From: an uncultured Rhodobacteraceae bacterium
GTDB taxonomy: Bacteria; Pseudomonadota; Alphaproteobacteria; Rhodobacterales; Rhodobacteraceae
DNA length: 64,000 nt
Direction: 5' to 3'
Assembly (NCBI GenBank): GCA_947493745.1
Contig: CANLSM010000001.1
Span: 89,913-153,912 of the forward strand
Shown: piece by piece, positions 39,256-49,523 of the stretch
Layout of the letters: every line of letters begins with the position of its first letter
Numbering within the stretch: the stretch's first letter is position 1
Made by a program: the position numbers and the translations under genes
The notes under the pieces: generated by a model
The model's database searches: none
Seen by the model: only the letters and a program-made list of their open reading frames with translations
Told to the model about the DNA's origin: nothing

Positions 39256-41213
39256 TGTTGAACAAGATCCTGATCGCCAACCGGGGCGAAATTGCCTGCC
39301 GTGTGATCAAGACGGCCCGCCGGATGGGCATCGCGACCGTGGCGGTCTATTCAGATGCGGATGCGGATGCGGCCCATGTCGAGATGGCGGATGAGGCTGT
39401 TCATATCGGCCCGCCTCCCGTTGCGCAAAGTTACCTTCAGGGCGCGCGGATCATCGAAGTGGCGCTCAAGACGGGGGCAGGAGCGATCCATCCCGGCTAT
39501 GGGTTTCTGTCCGAGAACCCGGAATTCGTTGAGGCCGTGACCGCTGCCAGTTTGCGCTTCATCGGGCCGCCGGCGGATGCCATCCGGGCTATGGGTCTGA
39601 AAGACGCAGCAAAGGCGCTGATGGAGCAATCGGGCGTGCCCGTGGTGCCCGGGTATCACGGAACTTCTCAGGACCCGGCGTTTCTTGCCGAACAGGCTGT
39701 GACGATCGGCTACCCGGTGCTGATCAAGGCGCGCGCAGGCGGCGGCGGCAAGGGGATGCGCAAGGTCGACGATCCAAAGGACTTCGATGCCGCCCTGCAG
39801 GCCGCCCGGCGCGAGGGTGAGGCCAGTTTCGGCGACCCGGCCTGTCTGATCGAGAAGTGGATCACCACGCCCCGCCATATCGAGGTGCAGGTCTTTGGCG
39901 ATGATCACGGCAATGTCGTGCATCTCTTCGAGCGGGACTGCTCCTTACAGCGCCGTCATCAGAAGGTGATCGAGGAGGCACCGGCACCGGGCATGACATC
40001 CCAGATGCGCGATGCGATGGGACAGGCTGCGGTTCGGGCCGCGAAGGCCGTGAACTACTCCGGCGCGGGCACCGTGGAGTTCATCGTGGACGCGACCGAC
40101 GGGCTGAAAACCGATGGTTTCTATTTCATGGAGATGAACACCCGGCTGCAGGTCGAACATCCGGTGACGGAGGCGATCTCGGGCCTTGATCTGGTGGAAT
40201 GGCAGCTTCGCGTCGCCTCAGGCGAGCCGCTGCCGCTCCGTCAGGACGACCTGACCCTCAAGGGATGGGCCTTCGAGGCGCGACTCTACGCAGAAGACGT
40301 CGAGGCGGGTTTCCTGCCTGCAACCGGGCGGCTGACCCATGTCGATCTGCCCGAAACGATTGCGCGGATCGACAGCGGCGTCCGCACGGGCGATGTGATC
40401 TCGCCGCATTATGACCCGATGATCGCGAAGATCATCTGCGAAGGGCCAGACCGGGAGAGTGCGCTGACCGCCCTCAACCAGGCGCTGCGTCAGGCGCGGA
40501 TCGCAGGCGTGACAACCAATGTCACCTTCCTCCATGCGCTGACGGAGCATGAGGGATTTCGCAGGGGCGAGGTCGATACCGGGCTGATTGAACGCGACCT
40601 GTCCGACCTGACCGCTCACGATGATGACCCGTTCGAACCCGGCCTGGCGGCGCTCGCCACGCTTGGCTTTCTGGATCGGGCCAGAGATCCGGAATTGGGA
40701 TGGACGCTCTGGAAACCGCTCGCACAGTCGGTGCGGCTGTTTGAACATGAGACAGAGCAGACGCTCCGCATCGAAATCCCCCAGCCCGGAAAGTTCAAGG
40801 TGATCGGGGACGAGACGCTGGAGCTGGACGTGCTCGATGTCACGGGGACGAAGATCACCTTCGTCGCCGGGGGTATCCGTCGGGCCGTGCATGTGTCCCG
40901 CACAAGAGATGAGGTGACTGTGTTCGGGACGCGGGTCCGGCGCTTCACGATCCCCGATCCGCTTGATGCCGGGATGGGGGATACCGGTGATGCGATCATT
41001 CGTGCGCCGATGCCCGGCCTCGTCAAGCTGGTGCATGTGCAGCAGGATCAGACCGTGTCCGAGGGTGATCCGCTTCTGGTTCTGGAAGCCATGAAGATGG
41101 AGCATGTGCTGAAGGCCGCGACAGAGGGCAGGGTGATCTCGCTGTCTGTCGGGGAGGGCGATCAGGTCGAGGCCGGAGCCATTCTGGCAGAGGTCGAGCC
41201 GAACGATGGCTGA
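39255..41213 (+). CDS. liuD: methylcrotonoyl-CoA carboxylase, biotin-carrying (alpha) subunit
   Basis: Biotin carboxylase N-terminus KILIANRGEIACRVI and C-terminal biotinyl motif EAMKMEH. ATG at 39255 overlaps the nuclease stop (TGATG). Confidence 0.9.
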   Translation: MLNKILIANRGEIACRVIKTARRMGIATVAVYSDADADAAHVEMADEAVHIGPPPVAQSYLQGARIIEVALKTGAGAIHPGYGFLSENPEFVEAVTAASLRFIGPPADAIRAMGLKDAAKALMEQSGVPVVPGYHGTSQDPAFLAEQAVTIGYPVLIKARAGGGGKGMRKVDDPKDFDAALQAARREGEASFGDPACLIEKWITTPRHIEVQVFGDDHGNVVHLFERDCSLQRRHQKVIEEAPAPGMTSQMRDAMGQAAVRAAKAVNYSGAGTVEFIVDATDGLKTDGFYFMEMNTRLQVEHPVTEAISGLDLVEWQLRVASGEPLPLRQDDLTLKGWAFEARLYAEDVEAGFLPATGRLTHVDLPETIARIDSGVRTGDVISPHYDPMIAKIICEGPDRESALTALNQALRQARIAGVTTNVTFLHALTEHEGFRRGEVDTGLIERDLSDLTAHDDDPFEPGLAALATLGFLDRARDPELGWTLWKPLAQSVRLFEHETEQTLRIEIPQPGKFKVIGDETLELDVLDVTGTKITFVAGGIRRAVHVSRTRDEVTVFGTRVRRFTIPDPLDAGMGDTGDAIIRAPMPGLVKLVHVQQDQTVSEGDPLLVLEAMKMEHVLKAATEGRVISLSVGEGDQVEAGAILAEVEPNDG

Positions 41214-42060
41214 GCATGTCCGCATATTCGAGATGTCGCCGCGCGACGGATTGCAGAACGAAGCACGGATTATCCCGACCGCACAGAAGATCGAGCTGGT
41301 CAATCACCTCTCAGCCTGCGGTTTTGAGAGGATCGAAACGGCCAGTTTTGTCAGCCCTAAATGGGTGCCGCAGATGGCCGACGGCGCGGAAGTTCTGGCG
41401 GGTATCACACGCAGACCCGGCGTGCGCTACACCGGCCTGACACCGAATATGCAAGGCTTCGAGCGTGCAGTGGCCGCGGGTGTTGATGAGGTTGCCGTCT
41501 TTGCATCCGCCTCGGAAGGGTTTTCCAAGTCCAACCTCAACTGCTCCATTGCGGAAAGCCTTGAGCGGATGAAACCCGTGGTACAGGCCGCTCTCAAAGC
41601 GGGTATTCCGGCGCGCGGATATGTCTCCTGCGTGACCGATTGCCCCTTTGACGGCCCGACGCCTCCTGCGGCGGTGGCCAAGGTCGCGCGGGACCTCATC
41701 GCCATGGGATGCTACGAGATCTCGCTGGGTGACACGATCGGAACCGGCACGCCCGAAACAATCGCCGCAATGCTGGCGGAAGTTCTGGACGACATCGACC
41801 CGGACCGGCTGGCCGCGCATTATCACGATACCGGGGGCCGCGCGCTCGACAATATCGAAGTGTCGCTGGAACGTGGTCTGCGGGTCGTCGATGCCTCGGT
41901 TGGCGGGTTGGGCGGCTGTCCCTTCGCCAAGAGCGCGACGGGGAATGTCGACACGCTCGCCGTTGTCGAGCGGTTGAACAGCCTTCGCTATGAAAGCGGG
42001 CTCGATGCCGCACGGCTCAAGGATGCCGCAGAGTTTGCGAAAGGTCTGAAACATGCCTGA
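41206..42060 (+). CDS. liuE: hydroxymethylglutaryl-CoA lyase
   Basis: IFEMSPRDGLQNE N-terminus and HYHDTGGRALDN motif. Confidence 0.9.
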   Translation: MAEHVRIFEMSPRDGLQNEARIIPTAQKIELVNHLSACGFERIETASFVSPKWVPQMADGAEVLAGITRRPGVRYTGLTPNMQGFERAVAAGVDEVAVFASASEGFSKSNLNCSIAESLERMKPVVQAALKAGIPARGYVSCVTDCPFDGPTPPAAVAKVARDLIAMGCYEISLGDTIGTGTPETIAAMLAEVLDDIDPDRLAAHYHDTGGRALDNIEVSLERGLRVVDASVGGLGGCPFAKSATGNVDTLAVVERLNSLRYESGLDAARLKDAAEFAKGLKHA

Positions 42061-42841
42061 CACCGTGGATTTCAACGCCGACAGAAACGGCATTGCCCGG
42101 CTAACGCTGAACGAGCCCGAGCGGCACAACGCCCTGTCACCCGCGATGATCGCCGAGGTGACCGCGCTTGCAGGCGAGATCGCCGAAGACAAAACCGTTC
42201 GCGCGGTGATCCTGACCGGGTCGGGCAAAAGCTTTTGTGCAGGCGGCGATCTCAACTGGATGCGCGAGCAGATGCAGGCCGACCGGGAGCAACGGATGCG
42301 CGAAGCCCGCAAGATCGCCGGAATGCTCCATGCGCTCAACACGCTTCCAAAGCCGCTGATCGGACGGGTTCAGGGCAACGCCTTTGGCGGAGGTGTGGGG
42401 ATGTTGTCGGTCTGTGACGCAGTGATTGCCGTCGATACGGCCCGTTTCGGACTGACCGAAACGCGGCTCGGGCTGATCCCGGCAACAATCGGACCATATG
42501 TGATTGCCCGGCTGGGTGAAGCGCGGGCGCGGCGCTACTTCATGTCTTCACGTCTGTTCGATTGTGCGGAAGCCCACCGCCTCGGGCTGGTGTCCGAGAT
42601 GGTTCCGGCGGACAGGCTTGATGCCACAGTCGAGGCGGAAGCGAAGGCCTATCTCGACACGTCACCCGACGCCGTCGCGTCGGCCAAGGCCCTTGCACGA
42701 GCACTGGGGCCGCACATCGATGACAGCGTGATCGACATGACCATCGGGCGTCTTGCAGATACCTGGGAGACCGCGGATGCACGCGAGGGGGTCAGCGCGT
42801 TCTTTGAAAAGCGCAAACCAGGCTGGGTTCCACAAACGTAA
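42053..42841 (+). CDS. liuC: enoyl-CoA hydratase family (methylglutaconyl-CoA hydratase by context)
   Basis: Crotonase fold (FCAGGDL, GNAFGGGVG), directly after liuE. Confidence 0.8.
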   Translation: MPDTVDFNADRNGIARLTLNEPERHNALSPAMIAEVTALAGEIAEDKTVRAVILTGSGKSFCAGGDLNWMREQMQADREQRMREARKIAGMLHALNTLPKPLIGRVQGNAFGGGVGMLSVCDAVIAVDTARFGLTETRLGLIPATIGPYVIARLGEARARRYFMSSRLFDCAEAHRLGLVSEMVPADRLDATVEAEAKAYLDTSPDAVASAKALARALGPHIDDSVIDMTIGRLADTWETADAREGVSAFFEKRKPGWVPQT

Positions 42842-42861
42842 CATCTTGACCGATGGGCAAC

Positions 42862-42893
42862 ATTCCTTATTGATTGGTCAGTCAATAAGGAAT
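42862..42893. promoter_or_regulatory. BetI-type operator (perfect 12-bp inverted repeat)
   Basis: ATTCCTTATTGA-N8-TCAATAAGGAAT ends 8 nt before the betI ATG. It contains the TATTGA/TCAATA half-sites expected for BetI boxes. Confidence 0.7.
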
Positions 42894-42900
42894 TTCCACC

Positions 42901-43500
42901 ATGCCCCGAACCCGTCAGAGCGAGGAAACCCGCCGCTCGGCCCTTGTATTCGCCGCCGTCTCGGTGATCGCACAATCCCGTTCGCTTGACGTCACGGTCG
43001 GACAGATCGCAAAACAGGCTGGCGTATCCTCGGGGCTGGCGCATCACTATTTCGGCTCCAAGGAAGACCTGATCCTCGCAACGATGCAGCATCTGTTGCG
43101 TGAGTTTGCGGCCTCGGTTGCGACCGGGCTGCGCGGCGCAACCACGCCCAGATCACGCCTTTCCGCCATCCTGACCGCGAGCTTCGGGGCCGAACAGTTC
43201 CGTGCGGATGTTGTGGGTGCATGGACGATCTTCTATGTGAAAGCCCAGTCCTCGCCAGAGGCCGCAAGGCTCTACACCCTCTACCGCAAACGCCTGTCCA
43301 GCAATCTCCGGCATGCCTTGCGCCCGCTTCTGCCAGCCGGGCGGGTCGAGCCTGTCGCGGAGACAATTGGCGCACTTATCGATGGCGTCTATCTGCGGGA
43401 GGCGATCAATCCCGACGGCCTGAACCCGACCCATTGCAAATCGCTTGTCGAGACGGCGGTCGATCATCTTCTGCGAGGGCCCGATGACGCGGGAAGCTGA
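42901..43500 (+). CDS. betI: TetR-family choline-responsive repressor BetI
   Basis: TetR HTH ([26 protein letters not shown]), directly upstream of and overlapping betA. Confidence 0.85.
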   Translation: MPRTRQSEETRRSALVFAAVSVIAQSRSLDVTVGQIAKQAGVSSGLAHHYFGSKEDLILATMQHLLREFAASVATGLRGATTPRSRLSAILTASFGAEQFRADVVGAWTIFYVKAQSSPEAARLYTLYRKRLSSNLRHALRPLLPAGRVEPVAETIGALIDGVYLREAINPDGLNPTHCKSLVETAVDHLLRGPDDAGS

Positions 43501-45151
43501 TTTCATCGTCGTGGGTGCGGGGTCCGCCGGCTGCGCACTGGCCGCACGTCTGTCAGAAGACGGCAAGCACTCCGTTCTTGTTCTGGAATATGGCGGGACC
43601 GATGCAGGCCCGCTGATCCAGATGCCCGGCGCGCTGTCCTATCCGATGAACATGAAACACTATGACTGGGGCTACTGGTCAGAGCCTGAACCGCATCTGG
43701 GCGGCCGCCGGATCAATGCGCCGCGCGGCAAGGTAATCGGCGGCTCATCCTCGATCAACGGCATGGTCTATGTGCGCGGACATGCACGTGACTTCGACCA
43801 CTGGGCCGAGAGCGGGGCCGATGGCTGGGCCTATGCCGATGTGCTGCCCTATTTTCAGCGCATGGAAAACTGGGACGGGCGCGAAACGTCAGATCCCGAC
43901 GGTTGGCGCGGCAAATCCGGTCCGCTGCATGTCACCCGGGGCCCACGCGAAAACCCCTTGTTTCATGCCTTTGTGGAGGCCGGGCGACAGGCAGGCTTCG
44001 AGGTGACCGACGACTACAATGGCGGGAAGCAGGAAGGCTTCGGTGCCATGGAACAGACCACCCGGCGCGGCGAACGGTGGTCGGCGGCTCGTGCCTATCT
44101 CAGACCTGCGCTGAGACGGAAAAACTGCGATCTGCTGCGCTGCTTCGTGCGCAAGGTGACGATTGCAGACGGTCGCGCCACCGGCGTCGAGATCGAGCGC
44201 AGCGGAAAGATCGAGCAGGTGGTGGCGCGGCGCGAGGTGGTCCTTGCAGCATCGGCCTTCAACTCGCCCAAGCTTCTGATGCTCTCGGGCATCGGCCCTG
44301 CCGCGCATCTTGCCGAGCATGGCATCGATGTTGTCGCCGATCGTCCCGGTGTCGGGCAGAACCTGCAGGACCATCTGGAGCTTTATATCCAGCAGGCCAG
44401 CCTCCAGCCGGTGACGCTCTACAAATACTGGAGCCTTTTGGGCAAGGCCTATGTGGGAGCACGCTGGCTGTTCACACGGACCGGACCCGGTGCAACCAAC
44501 CAGTTCGAGTCCGCCGCCTTTGTCCGCTCCGCAGCGGGCGTGGCATACCCCGACATCCAGTACCACTTCCTGCCATTTGCGGTGCGCTACGATGGCAAGG
44601 CCGCGGCCGAAGGGCATGGCTATCAGGCACATGTCGGGCCGATGCGTTCCGCCTCGCGCGGGCAGGTGACGCTGCGCTCATCCGATCCGAAAGAGTCACC
44701 GAAGCTGGAGTTCAACTACATGAGCGACCCGCAGGACTGGGCCGATTTCCGCCACTGCATCCGCCTGACGCGCGAGGTCTTCGGGCAGGCCGCCTTTGAT
44801 CCCTATCGCAGCAAGGAAATCCAGCCGGGCGATGATGTTCAGACCGATGACGAGATCGACGCCTTCGTCAGGGAACAAGTCGAGAGCGCCTATCATCCCT
44901 GCGGGACCGTGCGGATGGGACGCCGCGACGATCCGTCAGCGGTCGTGGACGCTGAGGCGCGTGTGATCGGAGTGGATGGTCTGCGCGTGGCCGACAGTTC
45001 CATCTTTCCGCGGATCACCTATGGCAACCTCAATGCCCCGTCGATCATGGTGGGCGAGAAGGCGGCCGATCATATCCTCGGCAAACAGCCCCTGCCGCCC
45101 AGCAATGCGGAGCCCTGGATCAACCCGCGATGGGAGCATAGCGACCGCTGA
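43484..45151 (+). CDS. betA: choline dehydrogenase (GMC oxidoreductase)
   Basis: [24 protein letters not shown] motif and GMC signatures. Start trimmed to MTREADF (ATG at 43484). Confidence 0.9.
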   Translation: MTREADFIVVGAGSAGCALAARLSEDGKHSVLVLEYGGTDAGPLIQMPGALSYPMNMKHYDWGYWSEPEPHLGGRRINAPRGKVIGGSSSINGMVYVRGHARDFDHWAESGADGWAYADVLPYFQRMENWDGRETSDPDGWRGKSGPLHVTRGPRENPLFHAFVEAGRQAGFEVTDDYNGGKQEGFGAMEQTTRRGERWSAARAYLRPALRRKNCDLLRCFVRKVTIADGRATGVEIERSGKIEQVVARREVVLAASAFNSPKLLMLSGIGPAAHLAEHGIDVVADRPGVGQNLQDHLELYIQQASLQPVTLYKYWSLLGKAYVGARWLFTRTGPGATNQFESAAFVRSAAGVAYPDIQYHFLPFAVRYDGKAAAEGHGYQAHVGPMRSASRGQVTLRSSDPKESPKLEFNYMSDPQDWADFRHCIRLTREVFGQAAFDPYRSKEIQPGDDVQTDDEIDAFVREQVESAYHPCGTVRMGRRDDPSAVVDAEARVIGVDGLRVADSSIFPRITYGNLNAPSIMVGEKAADHILGKQPLPPSNAEPWINPRWEHSDR

Positions 45152-45162
45152 GGGCCGCACCC

Positions 45163-46728
45163 TCAGATCAGCTTGGCCTCACGGGCCGACATCGTGATCG
45201 GTGTGGCATCGATATCCCCGGCAGTATTGCGTGCCAGCACATCACGCAGCGTGCTCGTCTGATCGATCAGCTTCCAGCCGTATTCAGAGAAAGTCTGCCA
45301 CTTGAAGACATGCTCAGACAGAAGAGGATTGGTCAGCGCCTGACTGAACGCGTCGATGGCCACCATACGCAGGATCAGTTCCGGCAGCGGTGAATTGTCG
45401 ACCAGATCCTCGGCGAAAAGCCCGACGAAGAATTCGACATCGCCCGGCTTCTTGTAACAGTCCTGCAGGATCTTCACGGCATCCGGGTCCGATGTGATGT
45501 CCTCGAACCGGCCGGGCGGCGGCAGGCCGACATATTTGCGATACTCCGAATAGCTGGCCAATTCACAGACCCGACCCTGCTCGATCGAGGCCTGCTCGAC
45601 CCGCAGCAGCGGATGAGGCGTGCCGAACGGACCAAGCGCACTGGCACGCTGCGAGCTCATGTCGCGAAAGCCCTGCAGGAGCCCGCCATCAATCAGATAG
45701 CTGTTCTCCATGAAAGTCTCGCCCACCGGCCAGCGCTTGTCGTCCCAGGCAATCGTGTCAGGGATCAGCCCGTGCCAGCGATAAAGCAGGCTGAACTCGG
45801 TCGTGATCCAGTTCGGCTTGTTCCATGTGGCCTTCCACGCAACAGACGGATCCGCCCGCAGCCTGAAGGGCGCCGGTGAGATGTGGTTGATGTAGTCCTC
45901 GACGACGATCTTGATGAAAAGCACGATGACGATATTGCGGGCGGTCTCGAAGACCCGCGTGTCATCCCATCCCTTGTTCTGCGTCTCCAGCACCCCGGCG
46001 ATGCGATTGTGCTCGCGCAGGAAGAGGGTATTGATCATCGAGACCTGAGGGGTCGAGTTCACCCGGTCCCCACCAACCGCGAAAAGCCGCGACCGAAGCC
46101 CCGCAAAGGCCGGGTCCTGCTTGTTCTTCAACCCCAAGGGCGGGTCGAGCACCGCGAATTGCGGATCGATCCTGTCATCGCGGAAGAGGAATGGCGGATA
46201 CTCCTCTCCGTTCAGGATCTGCGATTTCAGCCGCCCTTTCTCGCCTTCCGCTTCGCTCGACAGACGCAGCGCGCGGGTCTGCTCGGCGGTGCGGCCATAG
46301 AGCGTGCAGAGATCGATCTCGTGGTTCGACGTGTTGCGCCGCACGTCGTTGCGGGCCTCGTTGGTCTCATCGGTTTCGGTCCGCAGGAACCCGTCGGTCA
46401 GATATTGCGCGAATGCCGGGAAGAGACAGGTTGATTTCGGACAGTATCTCTGCGGCTCGTCCCGCCGTCCGAAAAGCGGCAACAGGTCGTCTAGGGGCGG
46501 CAGATCATCACGAGGCGCCGCCGGAAGGTGTCTTGCGCTCCATTCCTTGTCGGTCAGCGCGGTCCAGGATGTATAGGCATGGACCGTGCTGTGGGCATGC
46601 GGGCGCGAGCGTGACCGCTTCACGATCGCATTGATGGCAATTCGATTGACGAGACGTGAAAGGGTGTCAGAAGCCTCAACGATGCGGATAAGCAGCTTCA
46701 GCAACCAGCCCGGAATGAAAGAAAACAT
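45163..46728 (-). CDS. cyclooxygenase-like (animal haem peroxidase family) fatty-acid dioxygenase/peroxidase homologue
   Basis: By-eye colinearity with the PGHS catalytic domain: FAQYLTDGF vs FAQHFTHQF, NHEIDLCTLYG vs GHGVDLGHIYG, LFLREHNRI vs LWLREHNRV, IKIVVEDYINHIS vs IKIVIEEYVQQLS, EFSLLYRWHGLIP vs EFNHLYHWHPLMP. Confidence 0.8.
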   Translation of the reverse strand: MFSFIPGWLLKLLIRIVEASDTLSRLVNRIAINAIVKRSRSRPHAHSTVHAYTSWTALTDKEWSARHLPAAPRDDLPPLDDLLPLFGRRDEPQRYCPKSTCLFPAFAQYLTDGFLRTETDETNEARNDVRRNTSNHEIDLCTLYGRTAEQTRALRLSSEAEGEKGRLKSQILNGEEYPPFLFRDDRIDPQFAVLDPPLGLKNKQDPAFAGLRSRLFAVGGDRVNSTPQVSMINTLFLREHNRIAGVLETQNKGWDDTRVFETARNIVIVLFIKIVVEDYINHISPAPFRLRADPSVAWKATWNKPNWITTEFSLLYRWHGLIPDTIAWDDKRWPVGETFMENSYLIDGGLLQGFRDMSSQRASALGPFGTPHPLLRVEQASIEQGRVCELASYSEYRKYVGLPPPGRFEDITSDPDAVKILQDCYKKPGDVEFFVGLFAEDLVDNSPLPELILRMVAIDAFSQALTNPLLSEHVFKWQTFSEYGWKLIDQTSTLRDVLARNTAGDIDATPITMSAREAKLI

Positions 46729-46807
46729 GAAATACCCCTGAAACGCGCAAATAGGGGCATGTTAACAGGGTTTCCGGCTCAGGAAGTGACGGAGACCACT
46801 TTTGCGC

Positions 46808-48028
46808 TCAACTTCCGCCCACGGCGTCGCGATACCAGCGGACGATCTGCGCCCGCTCGGCTGGCTCCATATAGGACACGTTCGCGGGCGGCATCGCATG
46901 GCTGACCCCGGCCTGCAGATAGATCGACCTCGCATGTTTGGTGATCTGCTGTTCGGTCTCCAGAATGACACCCTTGGGTGCCCAGTGTATGCCATCCCAA
47001 CCGGGTTCGACCGCATGACACATGGAGCAACGGCCGAGCACTGCGTTCTGCACCGCCTCGAACCCCTCGGCCTCGGCAAAGCGCTGCTGAAGCGCCGACA
47101 TCTCGGCCTCCTCCTCGGCTCGTGGAATGGTCGAGAGCCACATCGCGATGATGAACAGGATGGCCGTGGCGAGCCAGGTCCAGGTCGGATTGCCTTTGCG
47201 GGCATGCAGGGAGTTGAAGTAATGCCGGATCGTCACGCCCATCAGGAACACAAGGCTGGCAATCACCCAGTTGTACTGCGTCGCGAATGCCAGCGGATTG
47301 TGGTTCGACAGCATCAGGAAGATGACCGGAAGGGTCAGGTAGTTGTTGTGGGTGGAGCGCTGCTTGGCGATCTTGCCGTATTTCGCATCCGGCACCCGTC
47401 CGGCTTTCAGGTCCGCCACGACAATCCGCTGGTTCGGCATGATGATGAAGAACACATTGGCGCTCATGATCGTGGCCGTGAACGCCCCAAGATGCAGATA
47501 GGCCGCACGCGCCGAGAAGACCTGTGTGTAACCCCAGGCCATCGCGACCAGGATCACATAGAGCAACAGCATCAGCCGGGTGTTGTCATCGCCGAACCTG
47601 CTCTTGCAGATCAGATCATAGGCGACCCAGCCGAACGCAATCGAACCGAGCGAGATCAGGATCGCAACCGGAACCGACAGATCCCGCACATTGGGATCGA
47701 CCAGATAGAGATCGGCACCCGCATAGTAGATCAGGCACATGAGCGCGAAACCCGAAAGCCAGGTCGAGTAGCTCTCCCATTTGAACCAGGTCAGATGCTC
47801 GGGCATGGCCGCCGGGGCCACGAGATATTTCTGGATATGGTAGAACCCGCCGCCATGAACCTGCCATTCCTCGCCCGCTGCCCCCTGCGGCAGGTCGGGC
47901 ACCTTGCGCAGCCCCAGATCAAGCGCGATGAAATAGAACGACGAGCCGATCCAGGCGATACCGACGATCACATGGGTCCAGCGGACCGCGAAGATGATCC
48001 AGTCCGAGATGATGGCGAACTCATACAT
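46808..48028 (-). CDS. puuD: membrane urate hydroxylase with C-terminal cytochrome c domain
   Basis: Polytopic N-terminal region (WTHVIVGIAWIGSSFYFIALD) plus a CSMCH haem-c motif, next to the other ureide genes. Start trimmed to MYEFAI. Confidence 0.8.
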   Translation of the reverse strand: MYEFAIISDWIIFAVRWTHVIVGIAWIGSSFYFIALDLGLRKVPDLPQGAAGEEWQVHGGGFYHIQKYLVAPAAMPEHLTWFKWESYSTWLSGFALMCLIYYAGADLYLVDPNVRDLSVPVAILISLGSIAFGWVAYDLICKSRFGDDNTRLMLLLYVILVAMAWGYTQVFSARAAYLHLGAFTATIMSANVFFIIMPNQRIVVADLKAGRVPDAKYGKIAKQRSTHNNYLTLPVIFLMLSNHNPLAFATQYNWVIASLVFLMGVTIRHYFNSLHARKGNPTWTWLATAILFIIAMWLSTIPRAEEEAEMSALQQRFAEAEGFEAVQNAVLGRCSMCHAVEPGWDGIHWAPKGVILETEQQITKHARSIYLQAGVSHAMPPANVSYMEPAERAQIVRWYRDAVGGS

Positions 48029-48134
48029 GGGTGTCTCCTTGATCCCGTCAGTGTGCCTGCCCCGGACTTTCTGCAAAACCAGCGATAATGCCGAAAGACT
48101 TTCAAAATTTCCCGGATAATCTATTCTGCGATGA

Positions 48135-49037
48135 ATGTCCTACGTCAACAACATACGGATCTTCGTGCGGATCTATGAGCTTGGCAATATGTCAGCGGCG
48201 GCGCGGGATCAGCGGGTCTCGCCTGCGGTTGCGTCCTCGCGGTTGTCGGAGTTGGAGAAACATCTCAACGTGCGCCTCTTCAACCGGACCACACGCTCGC
48301 TGCAACCGACCGAGCAGGGGCGACTTTTCTATGAGGGTGCGCTGAAAATCATCGCCTCGATCGAGGATGCGGAAAGCTCGATCGCACATCTGGCGGGTCA
48401 TCCGCGCGGAACGATCCTGGCCGCCGCGCCACTTGGCGTCGGGCGTCGGTTCATTGCGCCCCATGTGCCCTCTTTCAAGGAGCTCTATCCGGATGTCGAT
48501 ATCCGTCTGCGGCTCTCAGACCGGCGGATCGACATCACGGCGGAAGGGATTGATGTGCGCTTCTTCCTCGGCATCCCCGAGGACAGCACGCTGACGATGC
48601 GGCGGATTGCCGAGTGTCAGCGCGTGCTATGCGCGGCGCCGGACTATCTGGCCATCCGCGGCTACCCCGAAAACGGGCAGGCTCTGGTCGCCGACAAACA
48701 TGATTGCCTCATGTTGCGCTATCCCGGCGCGACCGAGTTTCAATGGCTTCTGCAAACGCCTGACGGTCCGAAACGGTTCGACGTCTCCGGCCCGTTCGAG
48801 AGCGATGACGGCGATGTGCTCACCGACTGGGCGCTGGATGGGCGGGGGATCATCAACAAGCCGCTCTTCGAGATCGCCGATCATCTGAAAGCCGGTAAAC
48901 TGGTGCCTGTAGCCGAGGCGACACCGCCCGTGCCCCATCAACTCGCCTGCATCTATCCAAGTCGCCGCCTGCAGGATCCCAAGATCAGGCTCTTCATCGA
49001 CTTCATGGCGGCCCGCTGCAAGGCCGGTATCAGCTAG
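48135..49037 (+). CDS. LysR-family transcriptional regulator
   Basis: LysR HTH ([32 protein letters not shown]), divergent from puuD. Confidence 0.85.
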   Translation: MSYVNNIRIFVRIYELGNMSAAARDQRVSPAVASSRLSELEKHLNVRLFNRTTRSLQPTEQGRLFYEGALKIIASIEDAESSIAHLAGHPRGTILAAAPLGVGRRFIAPHVPSFKELYPDVDIRLRLSDRRIDITAEGIDVRFFLGIPEDSTLTMRRIAECQRVLCAAPDYLAIRGYPENGQALVADKHDCLMLRYPGATEFQWLLQTPDGPKRFDVSGPFESDDGDVLTDWALDGRGIINKPLFEIADHLKAGKLVPVAEATPPVPHQLACIYPSRRLQDPKIRLFIDFMAARCKAGIS

Positions 49038-49390
49038 CTGCCGCGATAGGTCGAGTAACCATATGCGGACAGTAGCAGGGGCACATGATAATGCGCCTGA
49101 GCGTCGTCGATCCCGAAGCGGATCGGCACAGTATCAAGAAATCTCGGACCCTCACCGTGATTGTCGAACTGATCGAGATAGGGACCGGCATGAAACAAGA
49201 GCTCATAGACCCCGCGCCGGAACCTGTCGCCGCTGAGCATCTGCTGGTCCGTGCGCCCGTCCGCATTTGTCACGAGCGAGCGAAGATGCAGGCGCGCATC
49301 AACCTCGATACGATAGAGGTCGATTTTCAACCCCTCCGCGGGACAACCCCGACTTGTATCGAGCACATGTGTCGTCAGATATCCGGTCAT
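49034..49390 (-). CDS. uraH: 5-hydroxyisourate hydrolase (transthyretin-like)
   Basis: 118 aa with [11 protein letters not shown] at the N-terminus and YSTYRGS at the C-terminus. Confidence 0.9.
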   Translation of the reverse strand: MTGYLTTHVLDTSRGCPAEGLKIDLYRIEVDARLHLRSLVTNADGRTDQQMLSGDRFRRGVYELLFHAGPYLDQFDNHGEGPRFLDTVPIRFGIDDAQAHYHVPLLLSAYGYSTYRGS

Positions 49391-49523
49391 GAGAACCCCT
49401 CCCCCTTACCGCCTTGTTAGCACCGATTTCACATCTGTTAAGATCAAAAGTCTTTCGTGTTTTTTTTGAAAGTCAGATAGGATTTATCGGTATATCAAGA
49501 AACTGATCCGTGAAGGAGACCGC

